Source of the DNA: Candidatus Brocadiia bacterium
Lineage (GTDB): Bacteria; Planctomycetota; Brocadiia; SM23-32
Reading direction: 5' to 3'
DNA: 64,000 bases
Assembly (NCBI GenBank): GCA_046538485.1
Contig: JBKHIT010000002.1
Coordinates: forward strand, 96,001 to 160,000
The stretch's first letter is position 1; each line of letters starts with the position of its first letter. The position numbers and the translations under genes are program-made. Positions 10,348 through 19,954 of this stretch are shown here, in pieces. The notes under the pieces were generated by a model. It saw nothing but the letters and a program-made list of their open reading frames with translations. It was not told the origin of the DNA and searched no databases.

Positions 10348-11892
10348 TTAGCCCGGGAGTTTCCCTGCATCCTGACGATAAGTTTCTTCGCATTCCCGCC
10401 AGAATTCCTGCATTTCGCGGCACCGATCGGGCTTCTCTTTGGAAAGGTCATTCATTTCACTGCGGTCGGCCGACAGGTTATAAAGAGCCCAATCGTCGTC
10501 CATCGAGCCCACGGGGCCCGAATCCGATGCGCTGACGATTTTCCAATTGCCGATCCGGAGAGCACGGTTCCCTGAATGGTGGAAAAAGATATGCGAGTGC
10601 CCGATGCTATCGTCTTCACCGAAAGTGGGCGCCAGACTTCTACCGGGGAGTGGCGGGGCATCCGCCGGGAACGGGATGTCGCCAGGGCGTATGCCGGCAA
10701 GTTCGAGGATTGTGGGCAGGAAATCAATGCAATGGCCCATGTCGTGACGGAGCTCGCCCCGGGCGGCGATACCGCTGGGCCAGGAGGCAATCATCGGAGT
10801 GGCTACACCGCCTTCATGAACCCAGATTTTGTGTCGTCTGAATGGCGAATTGCTGCAGTTGGACCAGCCCGGGCCAAGACACAGATGCGTTGTTTCGGAG
10901 CCCGGGGGAGCCATGGGATCGTGTCCGCCGGCTCGGATCATAATCTCCGCACTCGCCCCGTTGTCGGACAAAAACAGAACAAGTGTGTCATCGTAAACGT
11001 TCATTTCTCGGAGCTGATCGAGCAACCGTCCGATTTCGCGGTCGGTACGATCGACCATCCCGGCGTGTATGGCCATTTTGGTGGCCTGGAACTCTTTCTG
11101 TTCGTCTGTCAATGAATCCCATGGGACGGCATACTCGATTTCGCCCGGACCGTAACGTTCTCCGTATTCGTCTTTGTACCAGGGGGCTTTTACGTCCGAC
11201 TCGCGTTCCGACAGCGGGCAATTCACAATGCCCATCTCACGAAGACGCTGCCAGCGGCGTTCGCGCATTATGTCCCAACCCTCGTCGTAACGCCGCCGGT
11301 ATTTATCGATATCTTCCGGTTCGGCCTGAACGGGGAAGTGGGGTGCGGTATAGCATACATAGTGGAAAAAGGGTGTACCGCTGTGATTGTTTTCGTGATC
11401 ACGCAGACACTCAAGCGCATGATCGGTGATGGCGGTTGAGGAAAATTTCTTTTCGCCCTCTTCCCCGAAGAAGTGTTTCCCTTGTTCGATCTGTGTTCCC
11501 CAGCTTATATCGAATTCTCCGAACTCTTCGGGTTTTTGCACGTTGCTTATGTGCCATTTGCCGGAGTGGTAGCTGCGATAGCCGACCTGATGCAGGTAAT
11601 GGGGCAACAACCTCTGCCAGGAGGGCCGGTAATGTGTTTCCGAATCGGGAGGATCCATGCAGACCTGCTGTGCGTAAAATCCCGTCATCATGCAGGACCG
11701 CGACGGCCAGCAGCGTCCGGTGTTATAGAATTGAGTAAATCGCAGTCCCTTCTTGGCCAACCCGTTGAGATTCGGGGTTTCGACTTCGCCCCCATAACAT
11801 CCGGGGTCGGAAAACCCCATATCATCCATGACTATCAAAACGACGTTTGGCTTTTGCGGGTTGTTTTCCTGCGGATCGGCTACAGATGCCAT
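10348..11892 (-). CDS. Arylsulfatase (formylglycine-dependent, S1 family)
   Basis: PNVVLIVMDDMG, CWPSR (CxPxR) formylglycine motif, GKWH, SDNG, WALYNL. Confidence 0.93.
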   Translation of the reverse strand: MASVADPQENNPQKPNVVLIVMDDMGFSDPGCYGGEVETPNLNGLAKKGLRFTQFYNTGRCWPSRSCMMTGFYAQQVCMDPPDSETHYRPSWQRLLPHYLHQVGYRSYHSGKWHISNVQKPEEFGEFDISWGTQIEQGKHFFGEEGEKKFSSTAITDHALECLRDHENNHSGTPFFHYVCYTAPHFPVQAEPEDIDKYRRRYDEGWDIMRERRWQRLREMGIVNCPLSERESDVKAPWYKDEYGERYGPGEIEYAVPWDSLTDEQKEFQATKMAIHAGMVDRTDREIGRLLDQLREMNVYDDTLVLFLSDNGASAEIMIRAGGHDPMAPPGSETTHLCLGPGWSNCSNSPFRRHKIWVHEGGVATPMIASWPSGIAARGELRHDMGHCIDFLPTILELAGIRPGDIPFPADAPPLPGRSLAPTFGEDDSIGHSHIFFHHSGNRALRIGNWKIVSASDSGPVGSMDDDWALYNLSADRSEMNDLSKEKPDRCREMQEFWRECEETYRQDAGKLPG

Positions 11893-12058
11893 TTTTCTCT
11901 CCTGGTTGGTTTTAGTTGTTAGAAATGCTTTTTTTTGGCAGGTTTACGGGACAGGAGCAAAACTATGTGCCGCGAGTTTAGGGTCTTAAATCAGGCACGA
12001 CAAGGGAAAAGTCAGATTTGAGAACCGTTCCAGCATGTGGGCCTGACCTCTGCAGCGT

Positions 12059-12514
12059 TTACTTTTGTGCGTTGAGACTATCGGCGATATCTCGGGCTTT
12101 TTCCTGGCTGAAACGACCGCTGATAACCGCCTGCGGGTCCGTTATCTTTTCCATTATGATCGGAGCAGAGACCAACGTGTCGTCGACAATAATTGCGATG
12201 GGTTTTCCAACAGATTCTGCCGTGGCCTCCGAAAATTTCCTTTTGCCTTCGCTGGTAAAGACTATTTGTAGTTGTGAGATATTTCCGGGTTTTCTTTTCA
12301 ACGAAGCGGATTTGATGTCGCGCTCGGTCAGGAAGACTTTTTGCCCCACATAGACCGCAGTGTCGGTCCCTTCAACGACCATTTTTTTCAGTTGTGGTGC
12401 GGACAATTTTTGAGCATTGCGGAACTCAACCCTGATTGGTGGGCCGTTGGTCCGGGCGGTCGTACATCCCGTCAGTAAAATTGCGATCGACAGTGAAAAG
12501 ATTGTGGCCTTCAT
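12059..12514 (-). CDS. Lipoprotein with a stand-alone SecDF P1 head-like domain
   Basis: Lipobox LLTGC; FTSEGKRKFSEAT...VGKPIAIIVDD.LVSAP.I.E.I...AVISG.FS matches the SecD periplasmic head pattern; no TM core. Confidence 0.75.
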   Translation of the reverse strand: MKATIFSLSIAILLTGCTTARTNGPPIRVEFRNAQKLSAPQLKKMVVEGTDTAVYVGQKVFLTERDIKSASLKRKPGNISQLQIVFTSEGKRKFSEATAESVGKPIAIIVDDTLVSAPIIMEKITDPQAVISGRFSQEKARDIADSLNAQK

Positions 12515-12835
12515 GACTTTTCCTTTCGATATGTTGTTAATTCTATTCCATGTGTCTGGATATGTCGAACAACTACTTTTTCAGTTCGAGGCGAGGATAT
12601 TAGGAGCCCAGCGGCCATCGAAAAAGTCAAAATGGACGCTGTGTTCCGAAGGCATTTCGACACGAATTTGATTTTCACTGTTTTCGACGGCTTTCACTGT
12701 AAAAGCCTTTCTCCCTCGGGGCATGAAAGCAATGTAAAGTCCAACGTTAACGCAAGGCTGCCGCCGGATGCAATAAAAGGGACGGGCATATATACCCTGT
12801 AACTAATTGTCAGCCGTTGCGAATGCTCAACAAAT

Positions 12836-13819
12836 TTGACAGATTGGGTTTTGGGTGGCTACCATGAGAGCAGTGCTGGAAGTGTTTTGCCCTTGTGCCG
12901 GCGCGGATTTGGTGTGTCATATTGGTGTACTTCTTTCTGTTCAAGGGGCAATGATTTGGCACGTAATATTCCATGGGGCGACAAGCTTGCAAAGATACGG
13001 GGCTTATTATCGTCTTCTCCGGTGCAATCTCAGATTTCTTCGTTGAAACGTGGTGTACTATCAAAGGCGGAGTGGGGCGGGTTCACACTTATTGAACTAT
13101 TGGTTGTAATTGCAATTATTGCTATCCTTGCGGCTATGTTGATGCCGGCCCTTGAGAGCGCCCGGGAAGCGGCGCGGATCTGCGCCTGCCTGAATAATTT
13201 CCACCAAACGGGTCTGGCCCAAACGATGTATGTGGGGGACTATCAGAATCATCTGCCTGCGAAATCGAGCAGCTGGGCAGACTGGCATGTAAACCACCTC
13301 TGGGGTTATGGGATGCTCAGCGAGTATCTACGGCCGGGCATGACGGCAAAACAGTTCAAGGATATCCACGGGGGCCCATTGAGTTGCCCGTCCGTGCGTG
13401 CCGATGAAGATGGTTACTATATTAGTGATGGAAAATATTTCAGGATGTGTGGTCAATACCGCCTGGTGGGTCTTAACACCCGTATGCATTCCAGTTACGG
13501 GAACGCGTATCTGAACGGCCGTCCGCTGAATATTGTGAAAAACGCGTCGGGTTTGGTCACGTTCTACGAAGCACCTTATCTGAATTACGATGCGGCGGTA
13601 AAGAACTATTTTTCGAAGCTTCCCCCCGGCTACAATTCCCTCTGGTCGGCGTTCAGCTACGGAGGGGCGCCCAGATGGTTTCATCGGACCGAAGAGCCGG
13701 AGAAAGGCAGTGCCAACCTGTTATTTTTAGATGCCCATGCGGCAACGATTTCCTATCAAGAGCACCATCAGGCGGTGTTGAAGGACAAAATTGTCTGGCG
13801 ATGGAACGACGGTTACTGA
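12836..13819 (+). CDS. Prepilin-type N-terminal cleavage/methylation (DUF1559-like, H-X9-DG) protein; true start uncertain and probably downstream of 12836
   Basis: [31 protein letters not shown]....C.NN, CPS, and C-terminal H...[12 protein letters not shown]. Confidence 0.85.
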   Translation: MTDWVLGGYHESSAGSVLPLCRRGFGVSYWCTSFCSRGNDLARNIPWGDKLAKIRGLLSSSPVQSQISSLKRGVLSKAEWGGFTLIELLVVIAIIAILAAMLMPALESAREAARICACLNNFHQTGLAQTMYVGDYQNHLPAKSSSWADWHVNHLWGYGMLSEYLRPGMTAKQFKDIHGGPLSCPSVRADEDGYYISDGKYFRMCGQYRLVGLNTRMHSSYGNAYLNGRPLNIVKNASGLVTFYEAPYLNYDAAVKNYFSKLPPGYNSLWSAFSYGGAPRWFHRTEEPEKGSANLLFLDAHAATISYQEHHQAVLKDKIVWRWNDGY

Positions 13820-13873
13820 TTGGGCTTACGTGGGGGCAGTGCCGGACAGGCAGGTTTCCAGTCATATGTAGGA

Positions 13874-15667
13874 TCAACGAATTTCGTCGCATGGTCCCCA
13901 CGGATAGGACAGCGTTGGGCGGCGGACGAAACGTTTCATCTGAACCCGTATCTTCGCTCCTGCGCCCGGTTGAAGTTTAACGACAAAGGCTCGGCCGTTG
14001 ATTTTACGGGACGGCCCATTTGTGACAGCAATCTCAGTTATTTGGTGTTCGGCGTAGGCTCCTCCCTGGACGACGACAGTACGGGGAGTTGTGGTAGAGA
14101 GGTTAACGAGCGTCACGTGGACTTCCTCATCGCGGATCCTATCAACCAGTGCTCCGACATCGGGCGGGAGTCCGGGTCTTCCACGGTCGGGATCGAAGTA
14201 GCGCAGGCGGGCAAAGAGCAGGGAGCCACGCCAGCTCGGCTGTCGGCCACCGGTCGTCAACATCGTGAGGGCAGCCGTTGCAACGGGGTTTTTGCCGGTG
14301 AGGTTGCATTCTCGTTCCCAATCGATGCTTTTGTCGGCACGGATTTTTCTCACGCGCCGATCGATGTGTTTGAGACTCTTTTTAAGAATTGATTCCGGGA
14401 AATTGGCATTTTCCCCATCGAGCCACGCGATCCAGTCCAACGTATATCCCATCTCATAGTGCGGTTGGTCGTGTCCTTGGCCCGGCCCCCAGTACTGTCG
14501 GAAATAATCTTCGTAGCGACCGGGGCGCAGAAGGTATAGATCCTCGGCAAACCACTGTTTCTGACCGCTTCCGTCGGTTGTAAGAGGTTTGCCGTTTGAT
14601 TTTACGCCGATCTGCATGCCTTTTCGGAGGTGTTCGATCTGGCGTCGCCCCGCTTCGAGATACCTGTCATTGGCGGTTAGAAGAAACGCATTTTTCAGCC
14701 CCATCCGCACGCCCGACATGACCATATGGGGCCCACCCCAACCGGACCAGCCCATTACGCCTCCAGCCCAGGGGTAGACTTCTGAACCTTTCGGGACATA
14801 CTCGGGAAACTGTTTTGCCGGGTGGGGCCAATCCTCCCCGGGTTTGCCATTGAGCCCGACATTTCCGGGGAATATTCCGTTGTTTGCACGAGCGCGTTCA
14901 ACCCATGCGTCGCCATATTCTTTGACCCAATCGCGGTATTTCTTTTCGCCGCTGATAAGAAACGCGGTGGTGACGAGGGAGGTGGACTGCATATTCAGAG
15001 GAGTATCGCCTCGCACTTTTACGCCGGTCCAGTATTTAAAAAAATCCTGTCCACCCCAGTCTTCCAGGGTCGCGTTCATAATGGGGCCGGCACTTCCGTT
15101 CAGGACGCTGCGGATAAGCCTCTTATTCGGGTTGTAATTGGGCATGCCGAGATAAAAATCGGCAAAGCGGCAGACGCGCTCGCGATATTTCTCATTACAG
15201 GGATCGCACAAACCCAGATCATAGAATGAGCGGTATTGTTCGCCGTTATGCTGCCAATCGAAAGAACGGATAAACTCTTCATGCAACCCACCAGCTTCGG
15301 TGTATTGTTGGTAATGTCCTTCCCAGGCTTTACGGAGGGTTTGCAGCACGTATTCATCGCCGCCGAGTGCATAGAGCAAGCCCCAATTATTGGTCGGTTC
15401 GGTGGAATCATCGGCACCGGCTCCACCGCCCAATGTCGCATCGACCTTCAGATAGCCGCGTTCGTCATAGTATTTTTCGGCGAATATATGAAGCGCTTCA
15501 GTATTTTGCTCAAAGACTTTTCTTTCGAGAACGGCCCATGGAGGGGGAGACATGGGGGAGTTAATGTTCAGTCGAGGCATATCCGCAGTCCGGCCGCTGC
15601 CGGTGATGGTACACCCAACGACTGATATGAAAAGAGCAAGACACACTGTTTTGAACACAGGCTTCAT
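13874..15667 (-). CDS. Hypothetical lipoprotein, possibly a carbohydrate-active alpha/alpha-barrel
   Basis: Long ORF; from ATG 15667 a lipoprotein-like signal MKPVFKTVCLALFISVVGC; Trp/Gly-rich. The fold is inference. Confidence 0.65.
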   Translation of the reverse strand: MKPVFKTVCLALFISVVGCTITGSGRTADMPRLNINSPMSPPPWAVLERKVFEQNTEALHIFAEKYYDERGYLKVDATLGGGAGADDSTEPTNNWGLLYALGGDEYVLQTLRKAWEGHYQQYTEAGGLHEEFIRSFDWQHNGEQYRSFYDLGLCDPCNEKYRERVCRFADFYLGMPNYNPNKRLIRSVLNGSAGPIMNATLEDWGGQDFFKYWTGVKVRGDTPLNMQSTSLVTTAFLISGEKKYRDWVKEYGDAWVERARANNGIFPGNVGLNGKPGEDWPHPAKQFPEYVPKGSEVYPWAGGVMGWSGWGGPHMVMSGVRMGLKNAFLLTANDRYLEAGRRQIEHLRKGMQIGVKSNGKPLTTDGSGQKQWFAEDLYLLRPGRYEDYFRQYWGPGQGHDQPHYEMGYTLDWIAWLDGENANFPESILKKSLKHIDRRVRKIRADKSIDWERECNLTGKNPVATAALTMLTTGGRQPSWRGSLLFARLRYFDPDRGRPGLPPDVGALVDRIRDEEVHVTLVNLSTTTPRTVVVQGGAYAEHQITEIAVTNGPSRKINGRAFVVKLQPGAGAKIRVQMKRFVRRPTLSYPWGPCDEIR

Positions 15668-15716
15668 CTGAATAATATACATAATACTTGTTGGCAACAG
15701 AAGATTAACGGACGCT

Positions 15717-16142
15717 CTATTTGACGTCGGTTCGGCTGCGATTTTCCGAGTTGCCTTCACTAAAGCCCGACCATCGTCGCGCGATATTGACATCTCCAAA
15801 AACAATGACTACTTCAGGGGAATGGAGAACAACCATACCCTCGTAGAATTTCGCTATATCCCAGCCGCGATTATCCTCGTATGATACGACAATCCCGCAG
15901 CGCTGTCTCGTAGGTTCTTTTTGCAAAGTTTGCCTTCGTTCAAGGATTTTCGAGACATCCTTTTTGGTAATATGAGCAAGCGCCCCCGGTTCGATTTCCA
16001 GCAACTCTGAAACAGGTCGGTGTATACGGTCATCGATTGCGTGGTGAATTTCGTATTCGATGAAGTCTTCCCCTGTGACGGGAGACCGAGCGACCGCGTG
16101 AATCAGATGCCCTGCGCCGAGCACTTCATATCCAATCGGCAT
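15717..16142 (-). CDS. Hypothetical protein
   Basis: ATG 16142 is preceded by a strong SD (AGGAGGAAGG); 141 aa with protein-like composition. Confidence 0.6.
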   Translation of the reverse strand: MPIGYEVLGAGHLIHAVARSPVTGEDFIEYEIHHAIDDRIHRPVSELLEIEPGALAHITKKDVSKILERRQTLQKEPTRQRCGIVVSYEDNRGWDIAKFYEGMVVLHSPEVVIVFGDVNIARRWSGFSEGNSENRSRTDVK

Positions 16143-16162
16143 ACCTTCCTCCTTTTTACCCC

Positions 16163-16199
16163 TATCCTGCATCTTACGGATGCAGGATATATAAAACGG
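16163..16199. repeat. 37-bp palindromic (REP-like) element, copy 1
   Basis: TATCCTGCATC-TTACG-GATGCAGGATA-TATAAAACGG; 34/37 identical to 32056-32092. Confidence 0.85.
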
Positions 16200-16489
16200 C
16201 GCATGCCGTTCAGGCGTAAGAATTTACCTGTATGCTGCTACTGTGCGGATTTTAGTTTGCCTGTTGATGAGAATCAAGACTTTTTCCGTCAAAACGCTAA
16301 TTTGTCCAACTGGGGCTGCAGGGAATTTGTGTAACAGAAAAAGACAGTTTTGCTTGCTATCGGTTAAAATTAGCGAGTCCTTAGTAACTTGCGTGTGCAA
16401 GCGAGGTGTGGTAGATTGCCGCGTCCCCGGTGTTTGGCCGGGGCGTTCTGAGCTACCCTTGATATCATTAAGCATTAAAGGAGTGTGAA

Positions 16490-17269
16490 ATGCGCATCAA
16501 GCAGTCGATTTGTTATCCGTTGTTTATGCCGGACGAGATGGAGTTGGAACAGTTGTGCGAAATTGCGGCTGATATTGGCTACGATGCCATTGAACTGTGG
16601 GGCCGCGGGGACGATTTTGAAGAGATTGTTGAGACAGCCCATTCTTATGACCTTGTTGTTGCCAGTTTTATTGGTCACGATTCTCTTCCGGATGGTCTCA
16701 ATAAGTATGAAAACCACGATCGCATTGAGGCCGAATTGCGGGAATCTATCGACATCGCCGCGGCCAACGATGTGCCGGGTATGATTTGTTTCAGCGGAAA
16801 CCGGAATGAAGGGCAGAGCGATTACGAAGGGATGATTGCTTGTGCACGTTGCCTGCGAAAAGTCGCTCCTTATGCGGAGGAAAAAGGAGTGAATCTGAAC
16901 GTCGAGCTTCTTAATTCGAAGGTCAACCACCCGGGTTATCAATGCGATCATACCGATTGGGGACTGGCGTTGTGTGAAATGGTTGACAGCCCGCGAGTTA
17001 ATTTGCTTTTTGATATTTACCATATGCAAATTATGGAAGGTGACATTATTCGGAATATCAGGAAATCCATCGATCGTATTGGTCATTTCCACACAGCGGG
17101 GAATCCGGGTCGGAACGACATGGATGATACGCAGGAGATGAATTATCGCGGGATCTGCAGCGCCATCGCAGAGACCGGCTATGACCTCTATCTTGGCCAC
17201 GAGTTCAAACCCAAAGGCGACCCGATTGAGGCTCTAAAAGATACCTTTGAGATTTGCGATCAGGGCTGA
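16490..17269 (+). CDS. hyi: Hydroxypyruvate isomerase family (xylose-isomerase-like TIM barrel)
   Basis: VELLNSKVNHPGYQCD, LLFDIYHMQIMEGD, HFHTAGNPGR, GHEF; SD AAGGAG. Confidence 0.85.
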   Translation: MRIKQSICYPLFMPDEMELEQLCEIAADIGYDAIELWGRGDDFEEIVETAHSYDLVVASFIGHDSLPDGLNKYENHDRIEAELRESIDIAAANDVPGMICFSGNRNEGQSDYEGMIACARCLRKVAPYAEEKGVNLNVELLNSKVNHPGYQCDHTDWGLALCEMVDSPRVNLLFDIYHMQIMEGDIIRNIRKSIDRIGHFHTAGNPGRNDMDDTQEMNYRGICSAIAETGYDLYLGHEFKPKGDPIEALKDTFEICDQG

Positions 17270-17277
17270 ATTTAATT

Positions 17278-17315
17278 GAACGGGCCGACCGCTGTGAAGT
17301 ATGGTCGGCCCGTTC
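17278..17315. terminator. Hairpin between convergent genes (putative bidirectional terminator or stabiliser)
   Basis: 13-bp perfect inverted repeat GAACGGGCCGACC / GGTCGGCCCGTTC between the hyi and vWA stop codons; weak U-tract. Confidence 0.55.
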
Positions 17316-17343
17316 TATGTCGGGTCAGGCTGGTTGCGTATGG

Positions 17344-18486
17344 TTATTCTTCGATGGCAATCCCTTTTTCTTTTGCCTGTTTGCGGGCGCTATTGCGAAT
17401 TGCAGCGTCAAAAGAATCCTCTTCGCCTTTTTCGCTGAGTTCTTTTTTGATGTAGGTCTGCCGTTTGGCCTGCAGTTTCGTGATTTCGGCTCGGAGTTGC
17501 TTTCGCTTCTTGACCTGTGCTTTCAAATAGGACTGGAGCTCTTCTTGGGGCATTTTGCGGAGTTTCTCGGGCAGATGCTCTTTATTGATTTTGTCGAGCT
17601 TAATTTTGCCGGCCGCGTAGTCGCTTATGAGTTCTGATCGCCCTGCAAACGCTTTGCCCCCGGCTTCTGTGGCAAGGAACGCCGCACGATCCGCGCTGGC
17701 TCCCGGTGCGGCCTTTTTCCGAATCTCATCGGCAACTTCTTCGCGTTCGGCGAGTTGCTTGCGTTTGGCAGCAGTGCCGTAATAGAGGCGTGTTCCTTCG
17801 AGCTTTGAGGACATCTTAGCCATTTTCCCATCATACGGGGTGCTGACGGTGACGGCGCCGCCTGCCTGAGCTACCTGAAAAAAAGCACCTTCAGCACGGT
17901 TCGCAATGTCTTTCCATATGGCGGTCGTTTTGCCGTAATTTCCACATTGTATTGTATTAATAATGATCCCGCGGCGGGCAGCTTGTTTGCACGTAGTGGG
18001 ATATTTTACGTCCTGTTTGTAGTCCATATGGGGAGGATAATCTCCGACGAGATAGATGACGCGAAAGGTTTTTGCACCTTCGCTCCACTTTATTTTATTG
18101 ACGGCTTCGTGCAGCGCTTGATTGACACTCTCAGGGCCATCGCCGCCGCCCTGGGCCTGGAATTTCATCAAATCACTGTAAACCGCATCAAGATCAGTGG
18201 TCAGTGGCGTTATTTTTGTGATGTAGGCATCGCCCCGGTCCCGGTATCCTACAAGTCCCATTTTGATTTCTGGTGTCGGTTTCCCGGTTGCAAGGGTGTT
18301 GGCAATCGACCATATCTTTTGTTTGGCTCCCTTTATTAGTCCGCCCATACTCCCTGTTGTGTCAAGGACAAAAACCACTTCGATTTGCGGTTGTGGTTCT
18401 TGAACCGGTTTTTCTTCTGCGCGCAGGGAAGCAATAGCGATTCCGAGACCCAGAACTGCCAGCAGAACTAAAACTAAGTTTTTCAT
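17344..18486 (-). CDS. Secreted von Willebrand factor A domain protein with C-terminal coiled coil
   Basis: Signal peptide; MIDAS motif VVFVLDTTGSM; GGGDGPESV; YLVGDYPPH. Confidence 0.88.
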   Translation of the reverse strand: MKNLVLVLLAVLGLGIAIASLRAEEKPVQEPQPQIEVVFVLDTTGSMGGLIKGAKQKIWSIANTLATGKPTPEIKMGLVGYRDRGDAYITKITPLTTDLDAVYSDLMKFQAQGGGDGPESVNQALHEAVNKIKWSEGAKTFRVIYLVGDYPPHMDYKQDVKYPTTCKQAARRGIIINTIQCGNYGKTTAIWKDIANRAEGAFFQVAQAGGAVTVSTPYDGKMAKMSSKLEGTRLYYGTAAKRKQLAEREEVADEIRKKAAPGASADRAAFLATEAGGKAFAGRSELISDYAAGKIKLDKINKEHLPEKLRKMPQEELQSYLKAQVKKRKQLRAEITKLQAKRQTYIKKELSEKGEEDSFDAAIRNSARKQAKEKGIAIEE

Positions 18487-18738
18487 CACCGATCTCCTTT
18501 TGCGGAATGGTTTCCAAATGTTTCACGTTGCTTCGACATTTATTTAGACGGGACAGGAGGGAATATGTTCCATTGAAATTTTTTAATAAGGGACGTCTGG
18601 CTTCCATAAAATCACGGTATCGGCTGCGATTCGGGCCCATGCTCGATCTCAGGTCCCGCCCCCTATGATCTGGAAAACGGGACATCAACTGTGGAAGTGA
18701 GTGAAGAGAAGGCCAGAGTTTTGCCCCGGATTGGTTAC

Positions 18739-19764
18739 TTAATGGGAGGTCGACAGAAATCCTATTGGATGTTCACACAGCATCCTGCGCACGGTATGGT
18801 CGGTGGTTCCCTCTTTTGTGGGGCCGCCTGTGACGGTTGATGTGGTGCGTTTCTCAAGCAAGAGGTCGACGCTATTTTCCAGGTCGAAAATCCACGTTCC
18901 TCGCCCATCCAGCTTAAGATTGCTTTGTGAATCGGACCTTTCGCCTTCGTAGGTGAAACGTATCTCGGCGCTTCTCCGCCCCCGGTGTCGGCTGATATCG
19001 ACCACGGCGAAGTGAGACCGCATTTCGAAAACCGATTCTTCTTCGAGTTCTGGAATAGAACCGGCTTTAAAATTAACATCCCATTGACTATCGCCTTCGA
19101 GTTTTTTGTCCGGCAACCAGGGGAAATAGTAGCTATCATAAATGTGGGATACCGAGACGACGTTTTCTCCTACTCCGGCTGCCCCGACAAAACCCCTGGT
19201 GCCTTCGTGATCGTAAAAGCGCCCTTTTTTATCAATACGGATTGTTCGAATCGTTTCGCTCGTGCGTTCTACAGCAAGTTGCGTCTGTTCAATCTCAAGA
19301 TACTTGTCGCGGTCAGCCTGCAGACGCAGGTTGTCGATTAGATACTGACGTAGTTCTTTTTCGCTTTCTTTTCGCTGTACTTTTTCAACCAGGTAAGACC
19401 AAATTCTGCCGGCACGATAAGCGTACCGCGGGCAGGCTTCGCCACTGGCTTTGCGGGAGACCGCGATTTCCATCAATTCTCCGCCATCGAGCCAGAGCCC
19501 ATGACATTTGGCGCACATATCTACCGTTACGTGAGTGGTTGGATACTGGAAGACGTACATCTCTATGTTACAGCGGGGACAAATACGCTCTCCCTTATTG
19601 GCTTCTGGTGACAATTCGAGTTCCCTTACCGGCACATCAAGAACCTGTTGAAGCTCGCCGCCATCAAACCAGAGGCCATCGCACGAAGGGCATCTGTCCA
19701 GTTCTATCCCGCCGTGTTCGATCATGGGTTCGAGTTCCTGGCCTTCACAATGGGGACATTGCAT
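18739..19764 (-). CDS. Protein with two zf-TFIIB-type zinc ribbons and an unknown C-terminal beta-rich domain
   Basis: CPHC...LDRCPSCDGLWFDGGEL and CPRC...VDMCAKCHGLWLDGGEL. Confidence 0.8.
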   Translation of the reverse strand: MQCPHCEGQELEPMIEHGGIELDRCPSCDGLWFDGGELQQVLDVPVRELELSPEANKGERICPRCNIEMYVFQYPTTHVTVDMCAKCHGLWLDGGELMEIAVSRKASGEACPRYAYRAGRIWSYLVEKVQRKESEKELRQYLIDNLRLQADRDKYLEIEQTQLAVERTSETIRTIRIDKKGRFYDHEGTRGFVGAAGVGENVVSVSHIYDSYYFPWLPDKKLEGDSQWDVNFKAGSIPELEEESVFEMRSHFAVVDISRHRGRRSAEIRFTYEGERSDSQSNLKLDGRGTWIFDLENSVDLLLEKRTTSTVTGGPTKEGTTDHTVRRMLCEHPIGFLSTSH

Positions 19765-19954
19765 TTTCTTATATGACCTTAAATTGTTAGGGAAAAGCAG
19801 CTATCAGTAATTATTTGATTTTACCAAGCGGGCCGTTTTTGTCAATGTAGATATTTGGGCGAGGAAACCCCGAAAAGAAGTTAATCCGATTTGTCCGGCC
19901 AGGGAGTTGGGGTTAGAATGACATTTTTTGACCATTTTCCTGCAGAGGCGTGTA

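Noticed and set aside
12515..12620. GTTCGAC upstream of the SecDF-head lipoprotein as a cassette entry site
   Set aside because: There is no attC-like palindrome upstream of it or after the gene's stop codon.
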